Origin: Escherichia coli
Lineage (GTDB): Bacteria > Pseudomonadota > Gammaproteobacteria > Enterobacterales > Enterobacteriaceae
DNA: 64,000 nucleotides
NCBI RefSeq assembly: GCF_024502345.1
Contig: NZ_JALDNN010000001.1
Direction: 5' to 3' (one strand)
In this document: piece by piece, positions 1 through 10,176 of the stretch
How the letters are laid out: each line of letters opens with the position of its first letter
How positions within the stretch are numbered: the first letter of the stretch is position 1
Notes under the pieces: generated by a model
Database searches by the model: none
What the model saw: the letters and a program-made list of their open reading frames with translations, nothing else
What the model was told of the DNA's origin: nothing
Made by a program: the position numbers and the translations under genes

Positions 1-243
1 ATCAGGCTGTCGTTATTGTCATGGAAAGTGGAACGATAGTAGTGGCATCAGTGTCGCTACGCAAAGCATTCGACATCAATCGGAATCCTCTGTGTCAGGT
101 CTTGCCACTGCTTCAAACTTTTACGCCCGTCAAATTGCCCGTTGCATGGCAATTTGGCGCAAAATACTATCTACTGACAAAAAAGATCGCATTAAGTTCG
201 CCGTTCATCGTCACTTATGTGACATAACCGATAAGTAAAGGCC

Positions 244-1545
244 ATGGCTCAGGAAATCGAATTAAAGTTTATTGTTAATCACAGTGCCGTTGAGGCGTTG
301 CGTGACCATCTCAATACGCTGGGCGGCGAGCACCATGACCCCGTGCAGTTGCTGAATATTTACTACGAAACGCCGGATAACTGGCTGCGTGGGCACGATA
401 TGGGCTTACGTATTCGTGGCGAAAACGGTCGCTATGAGATGACCATGAAAGTTGCAGGAAGAGTGACAGGCGGCTTACACCAGCGCCCGGAATATAACGT
501 GGCGTTGAGCGAACCGACGCTCGACCTGGCGCAGTTTCCCTCGGAAGTCTGGCCGAACGGCGAATTGCCTGCCGATCTCGCTTCCCGCGTACAACCGCTG
601 TTCTGCACCGATTTTTATCGCGAAAAATGGCTGGTGGCGGTCGATGGCAGCCGAATTGAAATCGCTCTCGATCAGGGTGAGGTGAAAGCGGGGGAATTTG
701 CTGAACCTATCTGTGAGCTGGAACTGGAGCTGCTTAGCGGCGACACGCGCGCGGTGCTGAAACTGGCGAACCAACTGGTATCGCAAATCGGATTACGCCA
801 GGGCAGCCTGAGCAAAGCGGCGCGTGGCTATCATCTGGCGCAGGGCAATCCGGCGCGTGAAATCAAACCGACCACCATTTTGCATGTTGCGGCAAAAGCC
901 GATGTGGAACAGGGGCTGGAAGCGGCGCTCGAGCTGGCGTTAGCGCAATGGCAGTATCATGAAGAACTGTGGGTACGCGGCAACGATGCGGCGAAAGAAC
1001 AGGTGCTGGCAGCCATTAGCCTGGTCCGTCATACGCTGATGCTGTTCGGTGGTATTGTGCCGCGTAAAGCGAGCACTCACTTACGTGATCTGCTGACTCA
1101 ATGCGAGGCGACCATTGCTTCTGCGGTTTCTGCCGTGACGGCGGTCTACTCTACCGAAACGGCAATGGCGAAGCTGGCGTTGACCGAATGGTTGGTAAGC
1201 AAAGCATGGCAGCCATTTTTAGATGCCAAAGCGCAGGGCAAAATCAGCGACTCCTTCAAACGCTTTGCCGATATCCATCTTTCCCGCCATGCCGCTGAAC
1301 TGAAAAGCGTTTTCTGCCAGCCGTTAGGCGATCGCTACCGTGACCAGTTGCCACGCCTGACGCGTGATATTGACTCAATACTGTTGCTGGCGGGTTACTA
1401 TGATCCTGTCGTCGCGCAAGCCTGGCTGGAGAACTGGCAGGGGCTGCATCACGCTATTGCGACCGGGCAACGCATCGAAATTGAACATTTCCGTAATGAG
1501 GCAAACAATCAGGAACCGTTCTGGTTGCACAGCGGAAAACGTTAA
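244..1545 (+). CDS. ygiF: Inorganic triphosphatase (CYTH domain), 433 aa
   Basis: ATG-initiated 433-aa ORF; recognised protein sequence and position directly upstream of glnE. Confidence 0.9.
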   Translation: MAQEIELKFIVNHSAVEALRDHLNTLGGEHHDPVQLLNIYYETPDNWLRGHDMGLRIRGENGRYEMTMKVAGRVTGGLHQRPEYNVALSEPTLDLAQFPSEVWPNGELPADLASRVQPLFCTDFYREKWLVAVDGSRIEIALDQGEVKAGEFAEPICELELELLSGDTRAVLKLANQLVSQIGLRQGSLSKAARGYHLAQGNPAREIKPTTILHVAAKADVEQGLEAALELALAQWQYHEELWVRGNDAAKEQVLAAISLVRHTLMLFGGIVPRKASTHLRDLLTQCEATIASAVSAVTAVYSTETAMAKLALTEWLVSKAWQPFLDAKAQGKISDSFKRFADIHLSRHAAELKSVFCQPLGDRYRDQLPRLTRDIDSILLLAGYYDPVVAQAWLENWQGLHHAIATGQRIEIEHFRNEANNQEPFWLHSGKR

Positions 1546-1567
1546 TCAGGCAAGGATAAAATCGCTT

Positions 1568-4408
1568 ATGAAGCCGCTCTCTTCACCGTTACAGCAGTAC
1601 TGGCAGACCGTTGTTGAGCGGCTGCCAGAGCCTTTAGCCGAGGAATCACTTAGCGCGCAGGCGAAGTCAGTACTTACTTTCAGTGACTTTGTGCAGGACA
1701 GCGTGATTGCGCATCCAGAGTGGCTGACGGAACTGGAAAGCCAACCGCCGCAGGCCGACGAATGGCAGCATTACGTTGCATGGTTGCAGGAGGCGCTCAG
1801 TAATGTGAGTGACGAAGCCGGGTTAATGCGCGAGCTGCGGCTGTTCCGGCGGCGCATTATGGTACGTATCGCCTGGGCGCAAACGCTGGCACTGGTTACT
1901 GAAGAGAGCATATTGCAGCAGCTCAGCTATCTGGCGGAGACACTGATTGTTGCGGCGCGTGACTGGCTATATGACGCCTGCTGCCGCGAGTGGGGAACGC
2001 CGTGCAATGCGCAGGGCGAAGCGCAACCGCTGCTGATTTTAGGCATGGGTAAGCTGGGCGGCGGGGAACTGAATTTCTCCTCAGATATCGATCTGATTTT
2101 TGCCTGGCCGGAACATGGTTGTACGCAGGGTGGACGCCGGGAACTGGATAATGCGCAGTTTTTTACCCGCATGGGGCAGCGGCTGATTAAAGTGCTGGAT
2201 CAACCAACGCAGGATGGCTTTGTCTATCGCGTGGATATGCGACTGCGTCCGTTTGGCGAAAGTGGCCCGCTGGTGCTGAGCTTTGCCGCGTTGGAAGATT
2301 ATTACCAGGAGCAGGGGCGCGACTGGGAGCGTTACGCGATGGTCAAGGCGCGGATTATGGGCGATAGCGAAGGCGTCTATGCTAACGAGTTGCGTGCGAT
2401 GCTGCGCCCGTTTGTTTTCCGTCGTTACATCGATTTCAGCGTGATTCAGTCGCTGCGCAACATGAAAGGGATGATTGCCCGTGAAGTGCGTCGACGTGGT
2501 TTGACCGACAATATCAAACTCGGCGCAGGCGGCATTCGCGAAATTGAATTTATCGTTCAGGTGTTCCAGCTCATTCGCGGTGGGCGCGAACCGTCGCTGC
2601 AGTCGCGCTCTTTACTGCCAACGCTCAGCGTCATTGCCGCGCTGCATCTGCTTTCTGAAAACGATGCTGAACAATTGCGAGTGGCGTATCTGTTCCTGCG
2701 GCGTCTGGAAAACCTGCTGCAAAGCATTAACGACGAACAAACCCAGACGCTTCCTTCTGATGAGCTTAACCGTGCGCGGCTGGCGTGGGCGATGGACTTT
2801 GCTGACTGGCCGCAACTGACCGGGGCGCTGACCGCACATATGACCAATGTGCGCCGGGTGTTTAATGAATTGATTGGCGACGACGAAAGTGAAACTCAGG
2901 AAGAGTCGCTGTCGGAACAGTGGCGTGAGCTGTGGCAGGATGCGTTGCAGGAAGATGACACTACGCCAGTGCTGGCGCATCTTAGCGAGGACGATCGCAA
3001 ACAGGTACTAACGCTGATTGCCGATTTCCGCAAAGAGCTGGATAAGCGCACCATCGGGCCGCGAGGACGTCAGGTGCTCGACCATCTGATGCCGCATCTG
3101 CTAAGTGATGTCTGTGCGCGTGAAGACGCTGCCGTTACGCTGTCGCGCATTACCGCCTTGCTGGTGGGGATTGTTACCCGCACCACCTATTTAGAATTGC
3201 TCAGTGAATTCCCCGCGGCGCTTAAACATTTGATTTCTCTGTGTGCCGCGTCGCCGATGATTGCCAGCCAGCTGGCGCGTTATCCATTATTGCTGGATGA
3301 ATTGCTCGATCCAAACACCCTTTACCAGCCGACGGCGACCGATGCCTACCGCGATGAGTTGCGCCAGTATTTGCTGCGCGTGCCGGAAGATGACGAAGAG
3401 CAACAGCTTGAGGCGCTGCGTCAGTTCAAACAGGCGCAGCTGTTACGCATCGCCGCAGCGGATATCGCCGGTACGCTACCGGTGATGAAAGTGAGCGATC
3501 ACTTAACCTGGCTGGCGGAAGCCATGATAGATGCCGTCGTTCAGCAGGCGTGGGTTCAAATGGTTGCCCGCTACGGTAAGCCGAATCACCTGAACGAACG
3601 CGAAGGGCGTGGTTTTGCAGTGGTCGGCTACGGCAAGCTGGGCGGCTGGGAGTTAGGCTACAGTTCCGATCTTGACCTGATCTTCCTCCATGATTGCCCA
3701 ATGGATGCGATGACTGACGGCGAGCGGGAAATCGACGGGCGGCAGTTTTATCTGCGTCTGGCGCAACGCATTATGCATCTGTTCAGTACGCGTACCTCTT
3801 CCGGCATTTTGTATGAAGTGGATGCTCGACTGCGTCCGTCCGGGGCGGCGGGAATGCTGGTGACATCCGCAGAAGCATTTGCCGATTATCAGAAAAACGA
3901 GGCCTGGACGTGGGAACATCAGGCGCTGGTGCGTGCGCGTGTAGTGTACGGCGATCCGCAGCTCACCGCGCACTTTGACGCGGTGCGTCGTGAGATTATG
4001 GCGCTGCCGCGCGAAGGCAAAACCCTGCAAACAGAAGTGCGGGAAATGCGCGAGAAAATGCGCGCTCATCTCGGCAATAAACATCGCGATCGCTTTGATA
4101 TCAAAGCCGATGAAGGCGGAATTACCGATATCGAATTTATTACCCAATATCTGGTGTTGCGCTACGCTCATGAAAAACCGAAGTTAACGCGCTGGTCAGA
4201 CAACGTGCGCATTCTGGAACTGCTGGCACAAAACGACATTATGGAAGAGCAGGAAGCGATGGCGCTGACCCGTGCTTACACGACGCTTCGCGATGAACTT
4301 CATCATCTGGCATTACAGGAATTGCCGGGCCATGTGTCGGAGGATTGCTTCACCGCAGAGCGTGAACTGGTGCGGGCAAGCTGGCAGAAGTGGCTGGTGG
4401 AAGAATGA
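1568..4408 (+). CDS. glnE: Glutamine synthetase adenylyltransferase/adenylyl-removing enzyme, 946 aa
   Basis: ORF track gives 1364..4408; trimmed to internal ATG at 1568 ([12 protein letters not shown]...), which gives the expected 946 aa; two nucleotidyltransferase motifs (GKLGGxELxxxSDxD) visible. Confidence 0.93.
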   Translation: MKPLSSPLQQYWQTVVERLPEPLAEESLSAQAKSVLTFSDFVQDSVIAHPEWLTELESQPPQADEWQHYVAWLQEALSNVSDEAGLMRELRLFRRRIMVRIAWAQTLALVTEESILQQLSYLAETLIVAARDWLYDACCREWGTPCNAQGEAQPLLILGMGKLGGGELNFSSDIDLIFAWPEHGCTQGGRRELDNAQFFTRMGQRLIKVLDQPTQDGFVYRVDMRLRPFGESGPLVLSFAALEDYYQEQGRDWERYAMVKARIMGDSEGVYANELRAMLRPFVFRRYIDFSVIQSLRNMKGMIAREVRRRGLTDNIKLGAGGIREIEFIVQVFQLIRGGREPSLQSRSLLPTLSVIAALHLLSENDAEQLRVAYLFLRRLENLLQSINDEQTQTLPSDELNRARLAWAMDFADWPQLTGALTAHMTNVRRVFNELIGDDESETQEESLSEQWRELWQDALQEDDTTPVLAHLSEDDRKQVLTLIADFRKELDKRTIGPRGRQVLDHLMPHLLSDVCAREDAAVTLSRITALLVGIVTRTTYLELLSEFPAALKHLISLCAASPMIASQLARYPLLLDELLDPNTLYQPTATDAYRDELRQYLLRVPEDDEEQQLEALRQFKQAQLLRIAAADIAGTLPVMKVSDHLTWLAEAMIDAVVQQAWVQMVARYGKPNHLNEREGRGFAVVGYGKLGGWELGYSSDLDLIFLHDCPMDAMTDGEREIDGRQFYLRLAQRIMHLFSTRTSSGILYEVDARLRPSGAAGMLVTSAEAFADYQKNEAWTWEHQALVRARVVYGDPQLTAHFDAVRREIMALPREGKTLQTEVREMREKMRAHLGNKHRDRFDIKADEGGITDIEFITQYLVLRYAHEKPKLTRWSDNVRILELLAQNDIMEEQEAMALTRAYTTLRDELHHLALQELPGHVSEDCFTAERELVRASWQKWLVEE

Positions 4409-4455
4409 AGTATGGTATTATCGCGCGCAAATTTTGAATCTCTCAGGAGACAGGA

Positions 4456-5889
4456 ATGAAAGTAACGCTGCCAGAGTTTGAACGTGCAGGAGTGATGGTG
4501 GTTGGTGATGTGATGCTGGATCGTTACTGGTACGGCCCCACCAGTCGTATCTCGCCGGAAGCGCCGGTGCCCGTGGTTAAAGTGAATACCATCGAAGAAC
4601 GTCCGGGCGGCGCGGCTAACGTGGCGATGAATATCGCTTCTCTCGGTGCTAATGCACGCCTGGTCGGGTTGACGGGCATTGACGATGCAGCGCGCGCGCT
4701 GAGTAAATCTCTGGCCGACGTCAACGTCAAATGCGACTTCGTTTCTGTACCGACGCATCCTACCATTACCAAATTACGGGTACTTTCCCGCAACCAACAG
4801 CTGATCCGTCTGGATTTTGAAGAAGGTTTCGAAGGTGTTGATCCGCAGCCGCTGCACGAGCGGATTAATCAGGCGCTGAGTTCGATTGGCGCGCTGGTGC
4901 TTTCTGACTACGCCAAAGGTGCGCTGGCAAGCGTACAGCAGATGATCCAACTGGCGCGTAAAGCGGGCGTTCCGGTGCTGATTGATCCAAAAGGTACCGA
5001 TTTTGAGCGCTACCGCGGCGCTACGCTGTTAACGCCGAATCTCTCGGAATTTGAAGCTGTTGTCGGTAAATGTAAGACCGAAGAAGAGATTGTTGAGCGC
5101 GGCATGAAACTGATTGCCGATTACGAACTCTCGGCTCTGTTAGTGACCCGTTCCGAACAGGGTATGTCGCTGCTGCAACCGGGTAAAGCGCCGCTGCATA
5201 TGCCAACCCAGGCGCAGGAAGTGTATGACGTTACCGGTGCGGGCGACACGGTGATTGGCGTCCTGGCGGCAACGCTGGCAGCGGGTAATTCGCTGGAAGA
5301 AGCCTGCTTCTTTGCCAATGCGGCGGCTGGTGTGGTGGTCGGCAAACTGGGGACGTCCACGGTTTCGCCGATCGAGCTGGAAAACGCTGTACGTGGACGC
5401 GCAGATACCGGCTTTGGCGTGATGACCGAAGAGGAACTGAAGCTGGCCGTAGCGGCAGCGCGTAAACGTGGTGAAAAAGTGGTAATGACCAACGGTGTCT
5501 TCGATATCCTACATGCCGGGCACGTCTCTTATCTGGCAAATGCCCGCAAGCTGGGTGACCGCTTGATTGTTGCCGTCAACAGCGATGCCTCCACCAAACG
5601 GCTGAAAGGGGATTCCCGCCCGGTAAACCCACTCGAACAGCGTATGATTGTGCTGGGCGCACTGGAAGCGGTCGACTGGGTAGTGTCGTTTGAAGAAGAT
5701 ACGCCGCAGCGCCTGATCGCCGGGATCCTGCCAGATCTGCTGGTGAAAGGTGGCGACTATAAACCAGAAGAGATTGCCGGGAGTAAAGAAGTCTGGGCCA
5801 ACGGCGGCGAAGTGCTGGTGCTCAACTTCGAAGACGGTTGCTCGACCACTAACATTATCAAGAAGATCCAACAGGATAAAAAAGGCTAA
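4456..5889 (+). CDS. hldE: Bifunctional D-beta-D-heptose 7-phosphate kinase / heptose 1-phosphate adenylyltransferase, 477 aa
   Basis: 477-aa ORF with SD AGGAGA upstream; recognised RfaE/HldE sequence; conserved position after glnE. Confidence 0.93.
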
Positions 5890-5969
5890 CCGGAAAGCGG
5901 GTCACAGATCTCGCTTCGTACCTAGCAGGCCTATTGACGCTGTTGCTTTTTCAACCTAGAGTAAAGGAA

Positions 5970-6112
5970 CAAGGGTAAGGGAGGATTTCTCCCCCCTCTG
6001 ATGAGTTGTTAGTAAGTCGGGAAACTTAACAGTAACAACACAACCAGTATGATGACGAGCTTCATCATAACCCTTTCCTTCTATAAGGCCCCTTCCTCGG
6101 GAGGGGCTTTCC
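5970..6112 (+). ncRNA. sibD: Sib-family antisense sRNA antitoxin (SibD/E-like), copy 1; ends approximate
   Basis: Putative promoter TTGACG-17bp-TAGAGT at 5934-5962; fully overlaps the antisense ibs ORF; 3' hairpin GCCCCUU...GAGGGGC + UUUCCCGUUUC at 6088-6118; ~143 nt fits known Sib length; D/E naming tentative. Confidence 0.6.
6009..6068 (-). CDS. ibsD: Ibs-family type I toxin, 19-aa hydrophobic peptide MMKLVIILVVLLLLSFPTY
   Basis: 60-nt minus-strand ORF translated by hand; close match to the Ibs toxin family (cf. IbsC MMRLVIILIVLLLISFSAY); D/E naming tentative. Confidence 0.65.
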   Translation of the reverse strand: MMKLVIILVVLLLLSFPTY

Positions 6113-6345
6113 CGTTTCAGCCCCTTGCTGACTCCCCGATTGTTGATGAGCGCCGGACCCCGCGCAACGCTTTCCCTGAAGCAGTTTTGCCTTCCCCGAG
6201 CGGTCACGCAAAACGCTGCAACGTCCTGAGCATTTGCACCTTTTAGCGGAACGCAGATATAAAAAATCCCCGGCTTTTTGGGCCAGGGATATGTGTTAAT
6301 GAAACCTTCTTGACGCTGATTTTTTTTCAACCTAAAGTAAAGGAA

Positions 6346-6488
6346 CAAGGGTAAGGGAGGATTTCTCCCCCCTCTGATTGGCTGTTAATAAGCTGCGAAA
6401 CTTACGAGTAACAACACAATCAGTATGATGACGAGCTTCATCATAACCCTTTCCTTATACAAGGCCCCTTCTTCGGGAGGGGCTTTCC
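6346..6488 (+). ncRNA. sibE: Sib-family antisense sRNA antitoxin (SibD/E-like), copy 2; ends approximate
   Basis: Promoter TTGACG-17bp-TAAAGT at 6310-6338; overlaps second ibs ORF; same 3' hairpin as copy 1. Confidence 0.6.
6385..6444 (-). CDS. ibsE: Ibs-family type I toxin, 19-aa peptide MMKLVIILIVLLLVSFAAY
   Basis: 60-nt minus-strand ORF in second repeat unit; differs from copy 1 at 4 residues. Confidence 0.65.
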   Translation of the reverse strand: MMKLVIILIVLLLVSFAAY

Positions 6489-6633
6489 CGTTTCAGCCCC
6501 TTGCTGACTCCCCGATTGTTGATGAGCGCCGGACCCCGCGCAACGCTTTCCCTGAGGTAGTTTTGCCTTCCCCGAGCGGTCACGCAAAATGCTGCAACAG
6601 CCCGATCATTTGCACTTTTTATCGGAACGCAGA

Positions 6634-6666
6634 TATAAAAAATCCCCGGCTTTTTGGGCCAGGGAT
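6634..6666 (-). terminator. Rho-independent terminator downstream of yqiK (minus strand); a homologous copy lies at 6258-6290
   Basis: Minus-strand RNA AUCCCUGGC-CCAAAAA-GCCGGGGAU followed by UUUUUUAU; 9-bp stem with one G-U pair. Confidence 0.6.
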
Positions 6667-6682
6667 GTTCATAGCTGAAAAT

Positions 6683-8344
6683 TTATTCTACGTTTTCGGC
6701 GACGGGAGTTGTTGAGGTTAAGGGTGAAGTCAATGCAGCCAGTGAGCCGCCTGAAACGCCAATTTCATTGAGCAAGGAGTCAATCAGTGGTGCCTGTGTG
6801 CGGTAAGAGAGTGCGGCTGATAATGCTTGTTCCGCCAGGTTTCCGCCCCCCACATTACCCGTGTTTGCATCCCCCGCAGTACCACCACGATTCAGACCAT
6901 CGACCTGAATAATCTTGATACCGTCAATGGACTTCATTGGTTCCACGGATTTCTCTATTACCGCAGGTAGCGCCTGCAACAAGGCCAGTTTGAATTTAAG
7001 GCTGGTTTGTTCGTCAGAAAGTACGTTGATAGCATCGTTCAGCGCACGTTGTGCTTCTGCTTCCGCCAGGCCTTTTTTACGCGTAGCTTCGGCTAACTCA
7101 ACGATCGCCGCCGCCTGCATCTCTGCGGCTTCTTTTTCCGCTTTCGCCCGCACGGTCAGTTCAACCGCTTTGGTTTCTGCATCCTGTGCTGCGGCAATCA
7201 GCGCCACCTGCTTGGCACGATCGGCTTCGGCTGTCTGGCGAGTGGTTTCTACGTTTTGTTGGGCGCTTACTGCTTCTGCGAGTGCAAGGTTAGCACGCGC
7301 TTCTGCCTGGGACTGTTGTTCCGATTTGGCGGCAATAGCGATCGATTTCGTCTGGTTAGCGATTTCGGTGACCTGCTGCTGTTCGATCTCTTTAATGCGA
7401 ACTTCACGTTCAGCTTCAACTTTTCTTGAGCGGACGGCCTGTTCGCGGTCGATTTCTGTTTCCTGAATCTGTCGTTCAGCCAGAATTCGCGTCTGCTCTG
7501 CTTCACGACGACGTTCAGCTTCAAAAGCAGCAATTTTCGCATTTTGTTCAGCGGTACGGGTTTTAACTTGCTGCTCCTGCTCAAGCGTCATAAACGCTTC
7601 TTGTTGTTCAATCTCCAACTTGCGCGAAAGTGCATCACGGTTTTTCTCACGCACCGCAACTTCTACATCCTGTTCAACTTCGTTACGCTCGCGGCGACGG
7701 CGCTCCGTCTCCTGAGTCAGTTTGGTTAAACCTTCGGCGTCAAAGGCATTGTTCGGATTGAAATGTTCTTTCGAGGTCTGGTTAAAGTTGGTAAGTGAAA
7801 CGCTTTCCAGTTCCAGGCCGTTTTTCGACAGATCTTCAGCTACGGTATTTTGTACTCCCTGCACGAAGTTCTCGCGGGTATCCTGTAACTCATGCATGGT
7901 CATTTGCGCAGCTGTTGCACGGAGGGCATCGACAAATTTATCTTCAACCAACATACGTAAGTCTTCAGGCGACAGGGTGCGTTGCCCCAGCGTCTGGGCA
8001 GCGGTGGCAATCCCTTCTACTGAAGGTTTTACCCGCACAAAGAAAGCGACTACTACATCGACGCGCATACGATCTTTCGTAATCAGGCTATCAATGGTTG
8101 AGCGGCTGACTTCCAGCTTCAGAGTATTCATATTGATGGGGATTATTTCATGAAAGATCGGCATCACGATTGCGCCACCGCTCATTACCACTTTTTGCCC
8201 CCCTAAGCCGGTACGGACAAATGCTTGCTCTGCCGAAGCTCGACGATAGAGCCTGGCGAAAATAATTCCAATAATAAACAGAATGCATACGGCAATAATC
8301 GCGGTAAACATCCAGGAGGGCACAGAATTAACAATATCATCCAT
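6683..8344 (-). CDS. yqiK: Band-7 / flotillin-like (SPFH domain) inner membrane protein, 553 aa
   Basis: 553-aa ORF with N-terminal TM segment and long Ala/Glu/Gln-rich coiled-coil region; conserved position. Confidence 0.88.
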   Translation of the reverse strand: MDDIVNSVPSWMFTAIIAVCILFIIGIIFARLYRRASAEQAFVRTGLGGQKVVMSGGAIVMPIFHEIIPINMNTLKLEVSRSTIDSLITKDRMRVDVVVAFFVRVKPSVEGIATAAQTLGQRTLSPEDLRMLVEDKFVDALRATAAQMTMHELQDTRENFVQGVQNTVAEDLSKNGLELESVSLTNFNQTSKEHFNPNNAFDAEGLTKLTQETERRRRERNEVEQDVEVAVREKNRDALSRKLEIEQQEAFMTLEQEQQVKTRTAEQNAKIAAFEAERRREAEQTRILAERQIQETEIDREQAVRSRKVEAEREVRIKEIEQQQVTEIANQTKSIAIAAKSEQQSQAEARANLALAEAVSAQQNVETTRQTAEADRAKQVALIAAAQDAETKAVELTVRAKAEKEAAEMQAAAIVELAEATRKKGLAEAEAQRALNDAINVLSDEQTSLKFKLALLQALPAVIEKSVEPMKSIDGIKIIQVDGLNRGGTAGDANTGNVGGGNLAEQALSAALSYRTQAPLIDSLLNEIGVSGGSLAALTSPLTSTTPVAENVE

Positions 8345-8370
8345 TATTAAATTTCCTTTTGATTAATAAA

Positions 8371-9000
8371 TTACAATATTTGGGGCCAGGGATTGTTTTC
8401 CGCCAAATATCGCGTTGCAGAAAGTCGGCAAATAATTAACACTTTGTCTCCTTTAGTGAAAATTTTTCCTTCTTCAGGCTCCAGTAGTAAATAATGTATT
8501 TGGCCAAATTGATCGGTGAGTTTTCCTTCGCAGGGATTACCTGAAGTGGCTTGATGACCGGTAATTAATGCCATGCTACCAATATATTCTTCTTCTGTAA
8601 TAGCTGAACTATGGTCGCGTGGAATCCAGGGCGCAACTATTTTACCGGTATAATGCACCGCAATAATCGTAAACAGTAAACTGACAGGAACCACGAACAG
8701 GTTCGACAGTGGTGATTGCCAGACCATGATGCAGGCATGCTGCAACAGGATGCCAATAAGACCAAAAAAACCAGCCAGCAAGCAGAGAACGACGAGAGCT
8801 GGCAATCTTCCGATATTGAGATAATGAAGTGCCTGGCTAATATGACCTGTGGTTATGGAATCATAATGGTCAAGATGTGCATCAAGAGCACCGGAGAGCA
8901 TGTGACCGCAGATAAGCGCAAAAATTTCTAAAAGGCCGATCAACAGTACAAAGGAAATAGCGAAAAGATAAGGGGTATTATAGTCGGCGAATAAAATCAT
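8371..9000 (-). CDS. yqiJ: Inner membrane protein (NfeD-like partner of YqiK), 209 aa
   Basis: 209-aa ORF directly upstream of yqiK in an operon arrangement; hydrophobic N-terminal half. Confidence 0.85.
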
Positions 9001-9268
9001 ATGTCACTCCAATGTCCATTTAGTGACGCAATATTCACTTTGGGATAGTTTCCTTGCTTACATTTATCTTTGTTAATAATAACACACGTTAGAGAAGTTC
9101 TGGAAGAGAAAGTCTTTTAATATGGTTTTTTATTTTTCACTAAAAAGTGTGATCGGGGACAATATATTTACGCACGTTATGTTTAAAGGCACTACACTGA
9201 TTGGGGAATACTGAAATCAGAAAAAGCATATGGCCTTAAAAGGTATGCGATAACCGGAGGATGTGCTT

Positions 9269-9469
9269 ATGGATCATAGTCTTAATTCTTTAAATAATTT
9301 CGATTTCCTGGCGCGTAGTTTTGCCAGAATGCACGCAGAAGGTCGCCCGGTCGATATTCTGGCCGTTACTGGTAACATGGATGAAGAACATAGAACCTGG
9401 TTTTGCGCACGTTATGCCTGGTATTGCCAACAGATGATGCAAACCAGAGAACTTGAATTAGAACACTGA
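9269..9469 (+). CDS. glgS: Surface composition regulator GlgS, 66 aa
   Basis: Recognised sequence [28 protein letters not shown]...; track ORF starts 2 codons earlier (9263). Confidence 0.88.
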
Positions 9470-9474
9470 TATTA

Positions 9475-9497
9475 CGGGCCGTCTGGCCCGTTTTTGT
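9475..9497 (+). terminator. Terminator hairpin between convergent glgS and yqiC
   Basis: CGGGCC-GTCT-GGCCCG followed by TTTTTGTGTT on + strand. Confidence 0.6.
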
Positions 9498-9503
9498 GTT
9501 GCT

Positions 9504-9803
9504 TTATTCTGCTTTATCAATAGGCGGGATAGCCGGAGGAGATTGAAGATCTGCTACCGAATTATTGCGCGCCTCCAGTTCACTGATGCGCTGCTCCAGT
9601 AACGCCAGTTTTTCACGAGTCCGTAACAGGACTTGCGTCTGTACGTCGAATTCTTCGCGGCTCACCAGATCGAGACGCGTCAGCTGCGCTTGTAGGGTTT
9701 GGCGGATTTTTTTCTCCACATCTTCCCCGAACTCCCTGATTCCTTTAGGCATTGATTCGTGAACCTGGCGAGCGATTTGCTCAATTTTTTTCGGGTCAAT
9801 CAT
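9504..9803 (-). CDS. ubiK: Ubiquinone biosynthesis accessory factor UbiK (YqiC), ~99 aa
   Basis: Track ORF 9504..9863 trimmed to [16 protein letters not shown]... start; coiled-coil BMFP-type protein. Confidence 0.8.
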   Translation of the reverse strand: MIDPKKIEQIARQVHESMPKGIREFGEDVEKKIRQTLQAQLTRLDLVSREEFDVQTQVLLRTREKLALLEQRISELEARNNSVADLQSPPAIPPIDKAE

Positions 9804-9925
9804 TGTAGTTTCCCTGTACTGATAGGTGTTGAGTGCCATTGTAGTGCGATAAGGGTAAGTCATAAACCAGAATTATGTGAAGCTATGCGTTGCTGCCGCT
9901 AATCATTAGCGTTATAGTGAATCCG

Positions 9926-10176
9926 CTTATTCTCAGGGCGGGGCGAAATTCCCCACCGGCGGTAAATCAACTCAGTTGAAAGCCCGCGAGCGCTTTGGGT
10001 GCGAACTCAAAGGACAGCAGATCCGGTGTAATTCCGGGGCCGACGGTTAGAGTCCGGATGGGAGAGAGTAACGATTCTGTCGGGCATGGACCCGCTCACG
10101 TTATTTTGGCTATATGCCGCCACTCCTAAGACTGCCCTGATTCTGGTAACCATAATTTTAGTGAGGTTTTTTTACC
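9926..10176 (+). promoter_or_regulatory. FMN riboswitch (RFN element) in the ribB 5' leader
   Basis: Conserved RFN core CAGGGCGGGGCGAAAUUCCCCACCGGCGGUAAA ... AUCCGGUGUAAUUCCGGGGCCGACGGUUAGAGUCCGGAUGGGAGAGAGUAACG; putative -10 TATAGT at 9913-9918. Confidence 0.88.

Larger units (their letters stand above)
5934..6685. repeat. Tandem direct duplication, two ~376-bp units (5934-6309 and 6310-6685), ~90-95% identical
   Basis: Direct read-through comparison of the two units; each carries a Sib sRNA / ibs toxin module. Confidence 0.9.

Noticed and set aside
21-227. 68-aa plus-strand ORF at the window start
   Set aside because: Lies in the intergenic/promoter region upstream of ygiF; no RBS, no recognisable similarity; likely non-coding.
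1364-1567. N-terminal extension of the glnE ORF (track start at 1364)
   Set aside because: Overlaps the ygiF 3' end; the internal ATG at 1568 gives the expected GlnE N-terminus and 946-aa length.
5934-6685. Possible CRISPR array
   Set aside because: Only two copies of a long (376-bp) unit with no short repeat-spacer periodicity; not CRISPR.
5956-6715. 65-130-aa ORFs inside the tandem repeat (5956..6348 -, 6049..6246 +, 6425..6715 +)
   Set aside because: Repeat structure, the small Ibs peptide ORFs and Sib promoter/terminator signals explain the region; the long ORFs are low-complexity read-throughs of non-coding sequence.
6915-8153. Plus-strand ORFs (183 aa and 143 aa) within yqiK
   Set aside because: Antisense shadow ORFs caused by the biased Ala/Glu-rich codon composition of yqiK.
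8376-8400. Sequence ATTTGGGGCCAGGGAT resembling the end of the Sib repeat unit, near the yqiK start
   Set aside because: Short partial match with no accompanying hairpin or further repeat homology; probably coincidental.
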